NCBI GenBank assembly: GCA_001769005.1
Contig: MENE01000037.1
Span: forward strand, 1 to 33,586
DNA from: Bacteroidetes bacterium GWA2_31_9b
GTDB lineage: Bacteria; Bacteroidota; Bacteroidia; Bacteroidales; UBA12077
DNA length: 33,586 nucleotides
Direction of reading: 5' to 3'
Part shown: piece by piece, positions 10,537 to 20,264 of the stretch
Position numbering within the stretch: the stretch's first letter is position 1
How the letters are laid out: every line of letters starts with the position of its first letter
Program-made: the position numbers and the translations under genes
The notes under the pieces: model-generated
Databases searched by the model: none
The model's input: the letters and a program-made list of their open reading frames with translations, nothing else
Told to the model about the DNA's origin: nothing

Positions 10537-10561
10537 TAGGATTACGTTTATATTTGATTTC

Positions 10562-11221
10562 ATGAATAGAAAGATAAAAATAATTTTAGTAGATGATCAT
10601 AACCTTTTCAGGGAAAGTTTAAGTTTTTTGTTGTCAAAATCGAAAAAAATTGAAATAATAGCTGAAGCTGAAAATGGAGAAGTTTTTCTAAAATTATTAG
10701 ATAAAATGATACCTGATGTTGTGTTGATGGATATTAATATGCCTAATATGGATGGAATTGAGGCCACAAAAAGAGCATTAGAGAGATATCCCAATTTAAA
10801 GATTATTGCTTTGTCAATGAACGGTGATGAAGCGTATTATTATAAAATGATACAAGTTGGGGCTAAAGGATTTGTACTTAAAAAAGCTAGTAGTGAAGAA
10901 TTAGAAGAGGCTATAGAAACAGTTTTAAATGGAAATGATTTTTTTTCGCCCGAACTAATGAAAAATATAATAATTAACTTTGGATCAACAAAAGAAATTA
11001 AAACAGATAAAGGACCAAAATATATTAATCTTTCGAATCGGGAAAACGATGTTTTGAAATTAATTTGTAACGGATTTACAACTAAAGAAATTTCCAATAT
11101 GCTTTTCATTTCAACTCGCACCGTTGAAGGTCATAAATCTAGAATTATGGATAAGCTAGATGCTCAAAATACTGCAAACATTATTATTCAGGCAATAAGA
11201 AATAAGTTAATTGATATTTAA
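10562..11221 (+). CDS. Response regulator, NarL/FixJ (LuxR HTH) family
   Basis: Receiver motifs LVDDH, VVLMDINMPNMDG, IIALSM, FVLKK. C-terminal LuxR HTH LSNRENDVLKLICNGFTTKEISNMLFISTRTVEGHKSRIMDKL. The ATG at 10562 is preferred over the track's TTG at 10526, which overlaps the kinase stop. Confidence 0.85.
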   Translation: MNRKIKIILVDDHNLFRESLSFLLSKSKKIEIIAEAENGEVFLKLLDKMIPDVVLMDINMPNMDGIEATKRALERYPNLKIIALSMNGDEAYYYKMIQVGAKGFVLKKASSEELEEAIETVLNGNDFFSPELMKNIIINFGSTKEIKTDKGPKYINLSNRENDVLKLICNGFTTKEISNMLFISTRTVEGHKSRIMDKLDAQNTANIIIQAIRNKLIDI

Positions 11222-11376
11222 TTTCAATTAGAGATCATTCATTATTAAAAATACTTCTTTGTTAACTGATTTAAACTTATTTCTAACTATTTAAATAAAA
11301 ATTAAATAGTGACTCAAAGAATTAGTAAAAATTCAGAATCTATTTTCATTTAATACATATTTAATTCTAGTGTTAT

Positions 11377-11406
11377 TACGTAGGTAATATTACCTACGTA
11401 TTTTTT
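11377..11406 (+). terminator. Intrinsic terminator after the NarL-type regulator
   Basis: Perfect 24-nt palindrome tacgtaggtaat/attacctacgta (11377-11400), followed directly by tttttt. Confidence 0.6.
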
Positions 11407-11490
11407 ATGTCAAAACACGAAAACTTGCTCTAAAATCAGGGCGTTATCCAAATTATATTTACTAATGAATAATTTTTAAATACAGAAATT

Positions 11491-11895
11491 ATGAATATAA
11501 TAATTGTAGATGATAATAAATCTTTTAGGGCAGCATTAAAACATTTATTAGAAAAAAATAAAGATTACGAAATTATATGTGAAGCTGATAATGGTATACA
11601 AGCTTTGGAATTGCTCAATTCTTATACTCCTGAACTAGTATTAATGGATATTGAAATGCCGATAATGGATAGTATAAAAGCAATTAAACTGATGCTAACG
11701 GAAAATAATCAAATTAAATTTATTGCAATAACTGAGTATAGTGACAAAGTTTATTTAGATGAAATTATGGGAGCAGGATTCCATGCTTGTGTTTTAAAAT
11801 CGGATGTATTTGATGAAATAGATGCAATTATTGAAGCTGTTTGTAATGATAAATATACCTTTCCTAAAGGTATCATGTTAAATGACCCATTATAA
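11491..11895 (+). CDS. Single-domain (CheY-like) response regulator
   Basis: 134 aa with a receiver only: IVDDN, LVLMDIEMP, AITEY, VLKSD. No output domain. Confidence 0.8.
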   Translation: MNIIIVDDNKSFRAALKHLLEKNKDYEIICEADNGIQALELLNSYTPELVLMDIEMPIMDSIKAIKLMLTENNQIKFIAITEYSDKVYLDEIMGAGFHACVLKSDVFDEIDAIIEAVCNDKYTFPKGIMLNDPL

Positions 11896-11937
11896 TTAAT
11901 ATCAAAAGAATTAAAAAAAATTAAAGATGGAGATATT

Positions 11938-12435
11938 ATGAAAATGAAAAAAAACGAACCCCCAAATTTTAATCATGTTTTAACATATTTATCATTTGAG
12001 CTAAATAATGAAATATTTGCTGTAAATGTTGAAAATGTGATTAATATACTTGAAATGAAAAAGATTACTAGTATTCCAAAATCACCAGAATATTTTAAAG
12101 GGATAATAAACCTACGTGGGAAAGCCCTTCCTGTAGTAGATTTAAGAATTATTTTTGGAATAAATAATCTCAAATTTACAAATGATACATGCATTCTTGT
12201 TCTTCAAATAAAAGTTGAGGGAGAAGAAATACTGTTGGGTGCTATTGTTGACTGTGTTAAAGAAGTACTTGAATTAGAGCAAAATTATATTGAGCCAGTT
12301 CCTAGTATCGGTACAAAATATCATCCTGATTTCATTAATGGAATATGGAAAATGGATGAAAGATTTATCATGTTACTAGATCTAGATAATGTTATAAACC
12401 CAAAGGATATATTAATTGTTCAAAATGCAAGTTAA
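11938..12435 (+). CDS. cheW: Chemotaxis coupling protein CheW
   Basis: 165 aa. YLSFELNNEIFAVNVENVINILE ... IPKSPEYFKGIINLRGKALPVVDLRIIFG matches the CheW-like domain consensus. GGAG lies upstream of the ATG. Confidence 0.8.
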   Translation: MKMKKNEPPNFNHVLTYLSFELNNEIFAVNVENVINILEMKKITSIPKSPEYFKGIINLRGKALPVVDLRIIFGINNLKFTNDTCILVLQIKVEGEEILLGAIVDCVKEVLELEQNYIEPVPSIGTKYHPDFINGIWKMDERFIMLLDLDNVINPKDILIVQNAS

Positions 12436-12513
12436 GCATTTGATAATATGTAAATAACAAATTCAAAGAGTGGTATTAATAAACAGAAAAATTTACACAT
12501 AAAACATATAGTT

Positions 12514-14556
12514 ATGAATTGGAAGAATATTAAACTTGGAAAAAAATTGTCTATAGCTTTTGGAATAGTTATAGTAATTTTAATAATAGTAACAATTTGG
12601 TCTATAAAAGGGATAAATGAAATTGTAAGAAATTCAAAAGAAATTATTGAGGTTGATAAGCTCCTTGCTGATATTGAACAAAAGCACATTGACCATTTGA
12701 AATGGGCAAGTGAAGTTAATAAACTATTAACTGATAAAAATGCTAAGGAACTCAATGTTCAAACTGATTATCATTTGTGTGCTTTTGGTCAATGGTACTA
12801 TGGGAAAGGGAAAGAGAATGCGATAAAATTAATCCCAGAAATAGAAACATTATTAAATGAAATTGAGGAACCACACAAGCATCTTCATGAATCTGCTATT
12901 GAAATTTCAAAAGTATTTATACAATCCGATTTTAAAGTCGGTTCTAAAATTAGAGATGTTAAAAGTGAGCATCTTCTTTGGATGAATAATATTAAAGATG
13001 CTCTATTAACCAAAAGTAGAGAATTAAATGTTCAAACTGATTATCATGAATGTAGCTTGGGTAAATGGTTGGAAAGTGAAGAAATTCTTGAGATGAGAAG
13101 AAATAACCCAGATTTCAATGCTTTAATAACAAAGGTGGAAGAGCCTCATAAACATTTACATGAAAGTGCTATTCAAATTGAAAAATACATTAAAACGGGT
13201 GATTTTAATACTGCTAATAAATATTATACATCAAATACAAATAATTATGCTCACGAAACATTAGGTTTATTGGATGATGTTCTTAAATATCAGGATAACA
13301 ATATGAAAGGAATGGATCAAGCTAATAAAATATACAATACCAAAACTACGGTTGCATTGGAAAATGTTGGAACTCTTTTAAATAAGATAGTTGATAAAGC
13401 CAAAAAAGAAGTTGAAACAAATGAAGCTATTATGACTGAAGAATCAAATAAAACACGTCAAGGAGTTTTAATATTTAGTTTTATAGCAGTGTTAATTGCA
13501 ATTGTTTTTGCAATAGTAATTACTCGCGGTATAATAAACCCTATTCTTAAAGGAGTAAAATTTACAAAACTAATTTCTTCTGGAGATTTAACTGCACAAG
13601 TTGAAATTGATCAGGAGGATGAGATTGGTGAATTAGCATATGCTTTGCAATCAATGGCAAATAAATTAAAAAATATTGTAAATGAGATTATTTCAGGATC
13701 TGATAATATTGCTGCTGCCTCTGAGCAAATGAGTTCCACTTCACAAAATATGTCTCAAGGATCTTCCGAACAAGCATCATCTACAGAGGAAATATCATCA
13801 TCAATGGAACAAATGGCTTCAAATATTCAACAAAACAATGATAATGCTCAACAAACTGAAAAAATATCAGTATTAGCTGCTGGAAAAATTGAGAAAGTAG
13901 GAAATGCCTCAAAAGAAAGTCTGAAATCAATTCGAGAAATAGCAGAAAAAATATCAATTATTGGAGATATTGCTTTTCAAACCAATATTCTTGCATTGAA
14001 TGCTGCAGTTGAAGCTGCGCGTGCTGGAGAACATGGAAAAGGATTTGCTGTGGTGGCAACTGAAGTTAGAAGATTAGCTGAACACAGTAAAATTGCTGCT
14101 GAAGAGATTAATGTATTATCGAAATTTAGTGTTAATTTAACTGAAGAAGCAGGAAAAATGATAGAAGACTTAGTTCCTGAAATTCGAAAAACAGCAAATC
14201 TAGTTCAAGAAATTTCTTCTGCAAGTATGGAGCAAAGTAGTGGGGCTAATCAAGTTAATGAAGCTATTCAGCAATTAAGTCAGGTAACACAACAAAATGC
14301 AGCAGCAAGTGAAGAGATGGCTACTAGTGCTGAAGAATTATCTAGCCAGGCAGAGCAATTAAAAGAAATTGTTACTTTCTTTAAAATTGATAATTACCAA
14401 AGAGATATCACTCCAGAAACAGGTTTTAATAAAAAAATGAAAATAAAATCCAAGCTTTGGAAAAGCTCAAGTAAACAACCCCTAAAGGAGAAAGTTGGTG
14501 TAGATATCATATTGAATTCAAGTGATTTGGTAGATAGGGATTTTGAGAGTTATTAA
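12514..14556 (+). CDS. Methyl-accepting chemotaxis protein with an extracytoplasmic tandem CZB-like sensor
   Basis: TM1 at about aa 12-31 and TM2 at about aa 316-336. HAMP follows TM2. The invariant signalling hairpin [38 protein letters not shown] is present. Confidence 0.9.
   Translation: MNWKNIKLGKKLSIAFGIVIVILIIVTIWSIKGINEIVRNSKEIIEVDKLLADIEQKHIDHLKWASEVNKLLTDKNAKELNVQTDYHLCAFGQWYYGKGKENAIKLIPEIETLLNEIEEPHKHLHESAIEISKVFIQSDFKVGSKIRDVKSEHLLWMNNIKDALLTKSRELNVQTDYHECSLGKWLESEEILEMRRNNPDFNALITKVEEPHKHLHESAIQIEKYIKTGDFNTANKYYTSNTNNYAHETLGLLDDVLKYQDNNMKGMDQANKIYNTKTTVALENVGTLLNKIVDKAKKEVETNEAIMTEESNKTRQGVLIFSFIAVLIAIVFAIVITRGIINPILKGVKFTKLISSGDLTAQVEIDQEDEIGELAYALQSMANKLKNIVNEIISGSDNIAAASEQMSSTSQNMSQGSSEQASSTEEISSSMEQMASNIQQNNDNAQQTEKISVLAAGKIEKVGNASKESLKSIREIAEKISIIGDIAFQTNILALNAAVEAARAGEHGKGFAVVATEVRRLAEHSKIAAEEINVLSKFSVNLTEEAGKMIEDLVPEIRKTANLVQEISSASMEQSSGANQVNEAIQQLSQVTQQNAAASEEMATSAEELSSQAEQLKEIVTFFKIDNYQRDITPETGFNKKMKIKSKLWKSSSKQPLKEKVGVDIILNSSDLVDRDFESY
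12685..13161 (+). repeat. Intragenic tandem duplication encoding two CZB-like modules
   Basis: The DNA blocks aatgttcaaactgattatcat and gagga/gaagagcc-ca[ct]aa[ag]cat-t-catgaa-tgctatt recur about 270 nt apart. The peptides are HLKW...CAFGQW...HKHLH and HLLW...CSLGKW...HKHLH. Confidence 0.7.
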
Positions 14557-14579
14557 TAAATTATAATTTATAGGTTAAA

Positions 14580-14620
14580 GAAAAGCCTTGCAAATATTTG
14601 TTTGTAAGGCTTTTCTATTA
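14580..14620 (+). terminator. Intrinsic terminator after the MCP gene
   Basis: 10-bp stem gaaaagcctt / aaggcttttc (14580-14589 / 14607-14616), with a T-rich tail. Confidence 0.6.
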
Positions 14621-14924
14621 GTAAATTTGTTTCAGTATTGGTTTAAGGTACATTAGTAAAACAGGAAAATATTCATTTTTTATATTCAAAATCGGAATAC
14701 AAGGATAAAAACAGGCTGAAATAGTATTTGGGAAAACGATTTGACTTGTTTACTACCGATGTAAAATATTTGCAAATAGTGCAAAAAGCAACACGTAGGG
14801 TTGAGATAAGCCTATTTAAGGAGCAAACCAAAAATAACACTTTATAAATTTAAGAATCAATAAAAAATATGGATAGTTAAATCGAATTGAGTAATATTGA
14901 AAACTTAAAAAATCAATTAGTATA

Positions 14925-15680
14925 ATGAGAACGTTTTATTTATTTTTCTGCTTAATTATTGGTATTTCTGGATACGCCCAAAAAATGAATAAGCTTGGAA
15001 AAATTGTTATAGATGAGCTTCCAAAAGCTCCGGATTATTGGGTAATTAAAAATGGGCTTAATTACCGTATGGTATATAAAGACACTATAAATCTGGAAGG
15101 TAATGTATTTTACAAATTACCTAACGCGATTATTGCAAGCGAAGAAACTGCCGATGACCGACCTGATAAAATAAATTATTATGATACAACAGGCAGGTTA
15201 ATCGTTTCAGTTATTAGTCCACGAATCATCAATTTAAAAATTTCAGAAAAAGGAAATTATGCTGCTTTTTACAACCAAAAAAATATTATCCAAATTAATC
15301 TGCATAATTTTAGTCTGGATACACTTTTTGGATCATACTCATTTGCATTTACAAACGACGAAAAACTAGTCTATTATGATTCTGAGGAGAGAGTTGTAGT
15401 ATATGACAACCAGGTTTATTCATTTGAAGATTTTCCAATCATGTTTCTTGACTTCAATTCAACTATACTTGTTTTTACATCTGAAAAAATATTAAAACTC
15501 ACCGGTTCTGGCTTTATTCCTGTGCGCGAATTTCATGGTTCTTTTTATGATGCTATGATCATAAATCATATTCTATATTTTGTAGATAAATCAGTAAAAC
15601 GAAACGATATTACTTACAGGCTATATAAAACAACTGATTTAGTAAATTATTCAATTGTTGAAATATCGGACTATGAATAG
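14925..15680 (+). CDS. Hypothetical secreted protein
   Basis: 251 aa with a signal peptide ending GYA-QK. I recognise no motif. Confidence 0.55.
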   Translation: MRTFYLFFCLIIGISGYAQKMNKLGKIVIDELPKAPDYWVIKNGLNYRMVYKDTINLEGNVFYKLPNAIIASEETADDRPDKINYYDTTGRLIVSVISPRIINLKISEKGNYAAFYNQKNIIQINLHNFSLDTLFGSYSFAFTNDEKLVYYDSEERVVVYDNQVYSFEDFPIMFLDFNSTILVFTSEKILKLTGSGFIPVREFHGSFYDAMIINHILYFVDKSVKRNDITYRLYKTTDLVNYSIVEISDYE

Positions 15681-15901
15681 CGCAGGGTATATAGCGTAGA
15701 GCAGAGGGCGCGGGGCAAAGTGCGCAGGGCATAGAGTGCAGAATTAATATTGATAATACTGTACGAGTAAATTTGTTCTCAAGATTAATTGTATTGAGTT
15801 CGCAAATAACTAACTTCAGAAAAACTCTTTTAAAGCTTCCAGTATAAATATTGTACAGATATCATTACGTTTCTCTTCGCTCTTTGCTCTAAGTCCTATG
15901 C
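15680..15901. repeat. GC-rich purine/pyrimidine inverted arms flanking an AT-rich spacer (MITE-like or structured intergenic element)
   Basis: The left arm (15680-15742) carries two gcgcaggg[tc]ata..ag.gcag direct copies. The right arm (15871-15901) is the pyrimidine-rich counterpart. By hand alignment, 14 of 21 positions match between gcgcagggcatagagtgcaga and the reverse complement of tctttgctctaagtcctatgc, and most mismatches are transitions. Confidence 0.35.
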
Positions 15902-15905
15902 TTTT

Positions 15906-16664
15906 TTAAAATCGCAATGATAAACAACTCAATCCACCATCCATCTTCTGAAACTCTGAGAGTTCCAGTTCAATAATTTTATATCCTAGCTTTTCAACAT
16001 TTGCTTTAGTTTTTGGAAATCCTTTAGGAACTAAAACATAATCGTTTACCCGAAGGCAATTTGCTGCATAAGATTCGTTTTGGTCAATAAGAATGCGGTT
16101 AAAAGCACTTAATTCGTTCATTGTGCAAATTCCTTCCTGCACAAGCAGGTTATTCTCACCTAAATAATTTACACCTGTTTTAAAATGCAAAATATTGCAA
16201 ATAGGAATTACATATACAGTATAGTTATATTTTTCGAGTGTTTCCTTTAGTTGTCGTGAACCAGTTAGGTTTGTCCTGTTCGATAATCCGATAAAAAAGA
16301 TATTATCGGCTTGCATTACGTCTCCACCATCAAGTGTTCCAAGATCATTTATCGAGTATAATGGGAGTAAAGGTTCAAGAACTTTTTTGATTTCAATTTC
16401 TTCGCCCAATCGTTTTTTATTTCCCGGACGGGCAATAACACCAAAGTCTTTTGTAACAACCGCAGTATCTTCAACAAAGCATGAATCGGGGAAATCAGGA
16501 TTAGCATCAAGAACAGTTAATTTTAGTCCGCATTTTTCGAGTGCTTCGCAATATGCATCGTGTTGTTTTAATGCAAGTTTGTAATCTGGTTTTCCTAGTT
16601 TAGCTTCTGTAATTCCATTGGCAAAAGTATGTGCCGGTTTTCTGACTATTGCTTTTGTAAACAT
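15906..16664 (-). CDS. ddaH: N(G),N(G)-dimethylarginine dimethylaminohydrolase-like amidinotransferase
   Basis: 252 aa. It is collinear with bacterial DDAH as I remember it: MF.K.IVR.P, LGKPDY, FPDS.FVED, ESYAANC, and the C-terminal catalytic DGGLSCLSLRF. Confidence 0.85.
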   Translation of the reverse strand: MFTKAIVRKPAHTFANGITEAKLGKPDYKLALKQHDAYCEALEKCGLKLTVLDANPDFPDSCFVEDTAVVTKDFGVIARPGNKKRLGEEIEIKKVLEPLLPLYSINDLGTLDGGDVMQADNIFFIGLSNRTNLTGSRQLKETLEKYNYTVYVIPICNILHFKTGVNYLGENNLLVQEGICTMNELSAFNRILIDQNESYAANCLRVNDYVLVPKGFPKTKANVEKLGYKIIELELSEFQKMDGGLSCLSLRF

Positions 16665-16751
16665 ATTCAGGTTGTTTTTTTTAATTTATTCGCTAAATTA
16701 AACCTTTTATCGAAATGTATTTCTAAATTTCAGAACTAAATAAAATTAATA

Positions 16752-17888
16752 ATGAGAAAATTAGTATTGTTATTTGTTGCATCAACTATAATTATTTCGT
16801 GCCAATCGGAACGAAGTAAAAAAGAATCAGAAATAAGAAATGAACTGAAAAAAATTATTAACGAAGTTGGTTTACCCGGAATAAATCTGGCAATTTCAAT
16901 GCCCAATAATGAACTCTGGACAATATCCGAAGGGTATTCCGATAAAGAAAAACAATCGATAATGAAACCTGAAGATGTTATGTTTTCAGGCAGTACAGGC
17001 AAAACCTTTTGTGCTGCACTTATTTTGCAATTACAAGACGAAGGCAAATTAAATGTTGATGATTCACTTTCGAAATATTTTGGCAATGAAGAATGGTTCG
17101 GTAAAATTGCCAATTCACGTGATTTAACTTTACGAATGTTACTAAATCATACATCAGGGCTTGAACGGTATGAATTTGACGATTCGATATCCATAAAATT
17201 GAAAGAAAATCCAGATAAAATCTGGACAGGAGTGGAGCGATTATCGCATATATTTGGTAAGCCCGCATTACACGAAGCAGGTAACGGTTGGGCATATTCC
17301 GATACCAATTATATTCTTTTGGGTATGTTAATTGAGAAACTTATTGAAAATGAATATTATGCCGAACTTGAAAAGAGATTTTTTCAGCCACTTAAATTGG
17401 AGAATACTTTTCCCGGAAATAACCGAGAGATAAAAGGTTTAATTACTGGTTACTCTATTTATTCAAAAGAATTTGCAGTACCTGAAAAAGTATTACTTGA
17501 AAATGGGAAATTTGCATTTAATCCTCAAATGGAATTCACTGGTGGAGGAATAGCTTGTACAGCATCTGATTTAGCAAAATGGGGTAAGTTGTATTATGGA
17601 GGTAAGGTCTTTTCACAAAATGCATATAAGTTAATGATTACTCCTTCATTCCAAAAAACAAATTTACAGGATAATGCAAAATATGGAATGGCTTGTTTTG
17701 TATGGAACGATGATGGTAGAATTTCTTTTGGCCATACAGGTTTTTTTCCGGGTTATGTAACTATTGTTGAATATATTCCTGGAAATAATATCTGCATTGC
17801 TATGCAATGGAATACCGATAAAAAAAACCCAGAAAAGTCTTTACATATGTACCTTGAAAACATTAAGGAAATAGTAAAGAAACATTAA
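16752..17888 (+). CDS. Serine hydrolase, beta-lactamase family (probable lipoprotein)
   Basis: Lipobox IISC. S-x-x-K motif SGSTGKTF, plus LLNHTSGL and YSDTNY motifs typical of the family. Confidence 0.8.
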   Translation: MRKLVLLFVASTIIISCQSERSKKESEIRNELKKIINEVGLPGINLAISMPNNELWTISEGYSDKEKQSIMKPEDVMFSGSTGKTFCAALILQLQDEGKLNVDDSLSKYFGNEEWFGKIANSRDLTLRMLLNHTSGLERYEFDDSISIKLKENPDKIWTGVERLSHIFGKPALHEAGNGWAYSDTNYILLGMLIEKLIENEYYAELEKRFFQPLKLENTFPGNNREIKGLITGYSIYSKEFAVPEKVLLENGKFAFNPQMEFTGGGIACTASDLAKWGKLYYGGKVFSQNAYKLMITPSFQKTNLQDNAKYGMACFVWNDDGRISFGHTGFFPGYVTIVEYIPGNNICIAMQWNTDKKNPEKSLHMYLENIKEIVKKH

Positions 17889-17900
17889 TAATTCATAATA

Positions 17901-17929
17901 AAAATAGAGCGATTTTTCGCTCTATTTTT
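17901..17929. terminator. Bidirectional intrinsic terminator between convergent genes
   Basis: 11-bp stem aaaatagagcg / cgctctatttt with an A/T-rich loop, and T runs on both sides. Confidence 0.65.
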
Positions 17930-17962
17930 ATTTTAGATTTTTATATAAAAAAATTGAAATAT

Positions 17963-18646
17963 CTATTGAACATTAAAACAAAATCCAATACCTCGTATCG
18001 ACTTTATATTAATTGATTTGTCGTTTATTAAATACTTTCTTAATCTACTTATAAAAACATCCATACTCCTTCCGGAAAAATAATCATTACCTCCCCATAT
18101 TTCGTTTAAAATATCACTTCGTTTTATTACTTTGTTGGAGTTTTTAATAAAGTATTGTAATACAAGTGCTTCTTTTTCGGTGAGTTGTATTTTGTTTTCT
18201 TTGTAAATGAGTAAAAAGTTAGAAATATCAAATTTATATTCACCTATACAAATCGAATCATTTGTATTGATAATTTTTCTTTTTAAAATATTATTTATTC
18301 TAAGTATAAGCTCTTCTGGTTCAAATGGTTTGCATATATAATCATCGGCGCCAAGTTTAAGCCCTTTTATTCTATCCTCTATCATTATTCTAGCTGTAAG
18401 AAAAATAAAAGGTATACTATTATTGTTGATTAAAATATTTTCAGCGAGTGTAAATCCATCCATTTCTGGCATCATTATATCAAAAATACATAGATCAAAC
18501 TTGTTTTCCTTAAAAGCATTTAATCCAATTAATCCATCTCTACATAACGTTACTTCAAAATTATTTAAAACAAGATATTGTTTTAAAACGTTTCCAAGAT
18601 CAATATCATCTTCTACCAATAAGATGTTTTTTATAAACTTATCCAT
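17963..18646 (-). CDS. Response regulator, OmpR/PhoB winged-helix family
   Basis: 227 aa. Receiver motifs LLVEDD, LCIFDIMMPEMDG, FLTA, YICKPF. C-terminal LTEKEALVLQYF ... VFISRLRKYL ... IRGIGF matches a trans_reg_C-type domain. Confidence 0.85.
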   Translation of the reverse strand: MDKFIKNILLVEDDIDLGNVLKQYLVLNNFEVTLCRDGLIGLNAFKENKFDLCIFDIMMPEMDGFTLAENILINNNSIPFIFLTARIMIEDRIKGLKLGADDYICKPFEPEELILRINNILKRKIINTNDSICIGEYKFDISNFLLIYKENKIQLTEKEALVLQYFIKNSNKVIKRSDILNEIWGGNDYFSGRSMDVFISRLRKYLINDKSINIKSIRGIGFCFNVQ

Positions 18647-18731
18647 ATTAATAAATATTAATCCAAAATATATTTAGAAAAGATTTCTCTAAAATTAAGA
18701 AAGTTATTTAGAAGAAATTTAAAAAAGTATT

Positions 18732-20117
18732 TTAATTGTTTTGTAGTTTTATGTTTCTTTTTAATTTGAGTGTAAAAGTTGTACCAATGTTAATCTCGCT
18801 ATTAACTGAAATTTTCCATTTATGAGATTTAGTAATTAAATAAACATAGTATAATCCAAGGCCAGTTCCTTTTATCTTATGAATATTCCCTGTTGGTACT
18901 CTATAAAACTGTTTAAATAAATGTTTTTGATACTCTTTACTAATGCCTATGCCATTGTCTGATAAAATAATTTCAAAATACTTTTTACTCTCTAATGTTG
19001 TTATATTTAGTTCAATAATGTCTTTAGAATATTTAAATGCGTTATCTAGTAAGTTTGTAAGTATCATTTCAAAATAAAAAGGATCGGCAAGTATTTCTGG
19101 AGTTGAAATAAATAAACTTGTATTAATTGTAAAAGATTTCTGATGATTTCTTATCTTAAATTCATCAACAACCTTATTTATTAAATCATGTAAATTAATC
19201 TTTTTATAGTTTAATTGAATAATTCCATTTCTAAGAGCAGATAAATTTAATACATTATCTACCAGATTAATTAGTCTTCTAGATTGATTATCAATAGATT
19301 TTACCAGATTTAATAATTCTGTTTTTTGATTTAAAATGATTGGGTTTGATAATGTTCTTGATGCAATTGATATGGTTGTTATAGGTGTTTGAATTTCATG
19401 AGTTATATTATTTATAAAATCTGTTTTCATTTTATCATGTACTTCTTGTCTTTTAATTGTTTTTATTGTATAAATCACAATAATTATAAAAACAATAAGA
19501 ATAATGAAAGCACCCCAAATTACATTTTTTATACTTCTTAAATAATAATTCCTTAACGAACCATATTTTATATATAGATTAATTTGAAAATTGTAGTTAT
19601 TTCCATTAAAATATAAATAATTAGCAGGTAAAATATCAGTAATAATGCTGCTATCTCCAAATAAATATATAACTGATTCTTTTAATTTGTCATCATCTGC
19701 TATTGTTATTATTTTATTAGAACCATTAATATTGAACTTATTTAAGCTAATTAAGGTATTAAATGGAACATTAATTTTGTATGATAAAAAAGATTCTTTT
19801 AAATTTTCATTAATTTTTTTATAAACATTGAACGTATTTTTTAATGTATCAATCAATTTTTTTTTAGAATCTTCTTTAAGTTCACCATTTAAATCCATAC
19901 TATTCTTATCTTTTAGTAGGATGTCACATACTTGTTCTAACTTTTCATCATTAACCTTATATTTATAAAATTCAGAAGCACTTAAATAATCTGTTGAATA
20001 TTTAAATTTATTGCTTTGTAGCTGTAGTGTATTAAAAAGGAGGTATCCCAGTATTATAAATATCAAGATACAAGATAAAATAAGAAAGAAGATTGAAAGT
20101 TTAATTCTATTTATCAT
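18732..20117 (-). CDS. Sensor histidine kinase (two TM segments, ~165-aa extracytoplasmic loop)
   Basis: 461 aa. H-box FINNITHEIQTPIT, N-box LTNLLDNAFKYS, G-boxes DNGIGI and GTGLGLYY. It lies upstream of, and is co-oriented with, the OmpR-type regulator. Confidence 0.85.
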   Translation of the reverse strand: MINRIKLSIFFLILSCILIFIILGYLLFNTLQLQSNKFKYSTDYLSASEFYKYKVNDEKLEQVCDILLKDKNSMDLNGELKEDSKKKLIDTLKNTFNVYKKINENLKESFLSYKINVPFNTLISLNKFNINGSNKIITIADDDKLKESVIYLFGDSSIITDILPANYLYFNGNNYNFQINLYIKYGSLRNYYLRSIKNVIWGAFIILIVFIIIVIYTIKTIKRQEVHDKMKTDFINNITHEIQTPITTISIASRTLSNPIILNQKTELLNLVKSIDNQSRRLINLVDNVLNLSALRNGIIQLNYKKINLHDLINKVVDEFKIRNHQKSFTINTSLFISTPEILADPFYFEMILTNLLDNAFKYSKDIIELNITTLESKKYFEIILSDNGIGISKEYQKHLFKQFYRVPTGNIHKIKGTGLGLYYVYLITKSHKWKISVNSEINIGTTFTLKLKRNIKLQNN

Positions 20118-20230
20118 TATTATTATTTTTATTTTTTCTAAAATTAATAGAATTGTTAATTTAAAAAATAGATTAACTCTTCATTAACCTTTTATTAACA
20201 CATACCCAGTAAAGAAATAGTTATTTTCGT

Positions 20231-20264
20231 AAAATCAAATTTCATTAAAAATCAAATTTCATTA
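20231..20264. promoter_or_regulatory. Perfect 17-nt tandem direct repeat in the divergent HK / peptide-locus intergenic region
   Basis: aaaatcaaatttcatta occurs twice (20231-20247, 20248-20264), followed by a partial third copy. It ends 25 nt upstream of the ATG at 20290. The repeat is certain; its function as a regulator-binding site is inferred. Confidence 0.4.

Noticed and set aside
10526-10561. TTG-initiated extension of the NarL-type regulator overlapping the kinase stop.
   Set aside because: The receiver domain begins right after the ATG at 10562 (MNRKIKIILVDDH), which is the canonical distance from start to the DD pocket. The extension adds only a hydrophobic junk-like peptide.
20231-20264. 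Possibility that the 17-nt tandem repeat is a CRISPR or minisatellite array.
   Set aside because: There are only two perfect units plus a partial third, directly abutting with no spacers, and the unit is too short for a CRISPR repeat. I kept it as a candidate operator instead.
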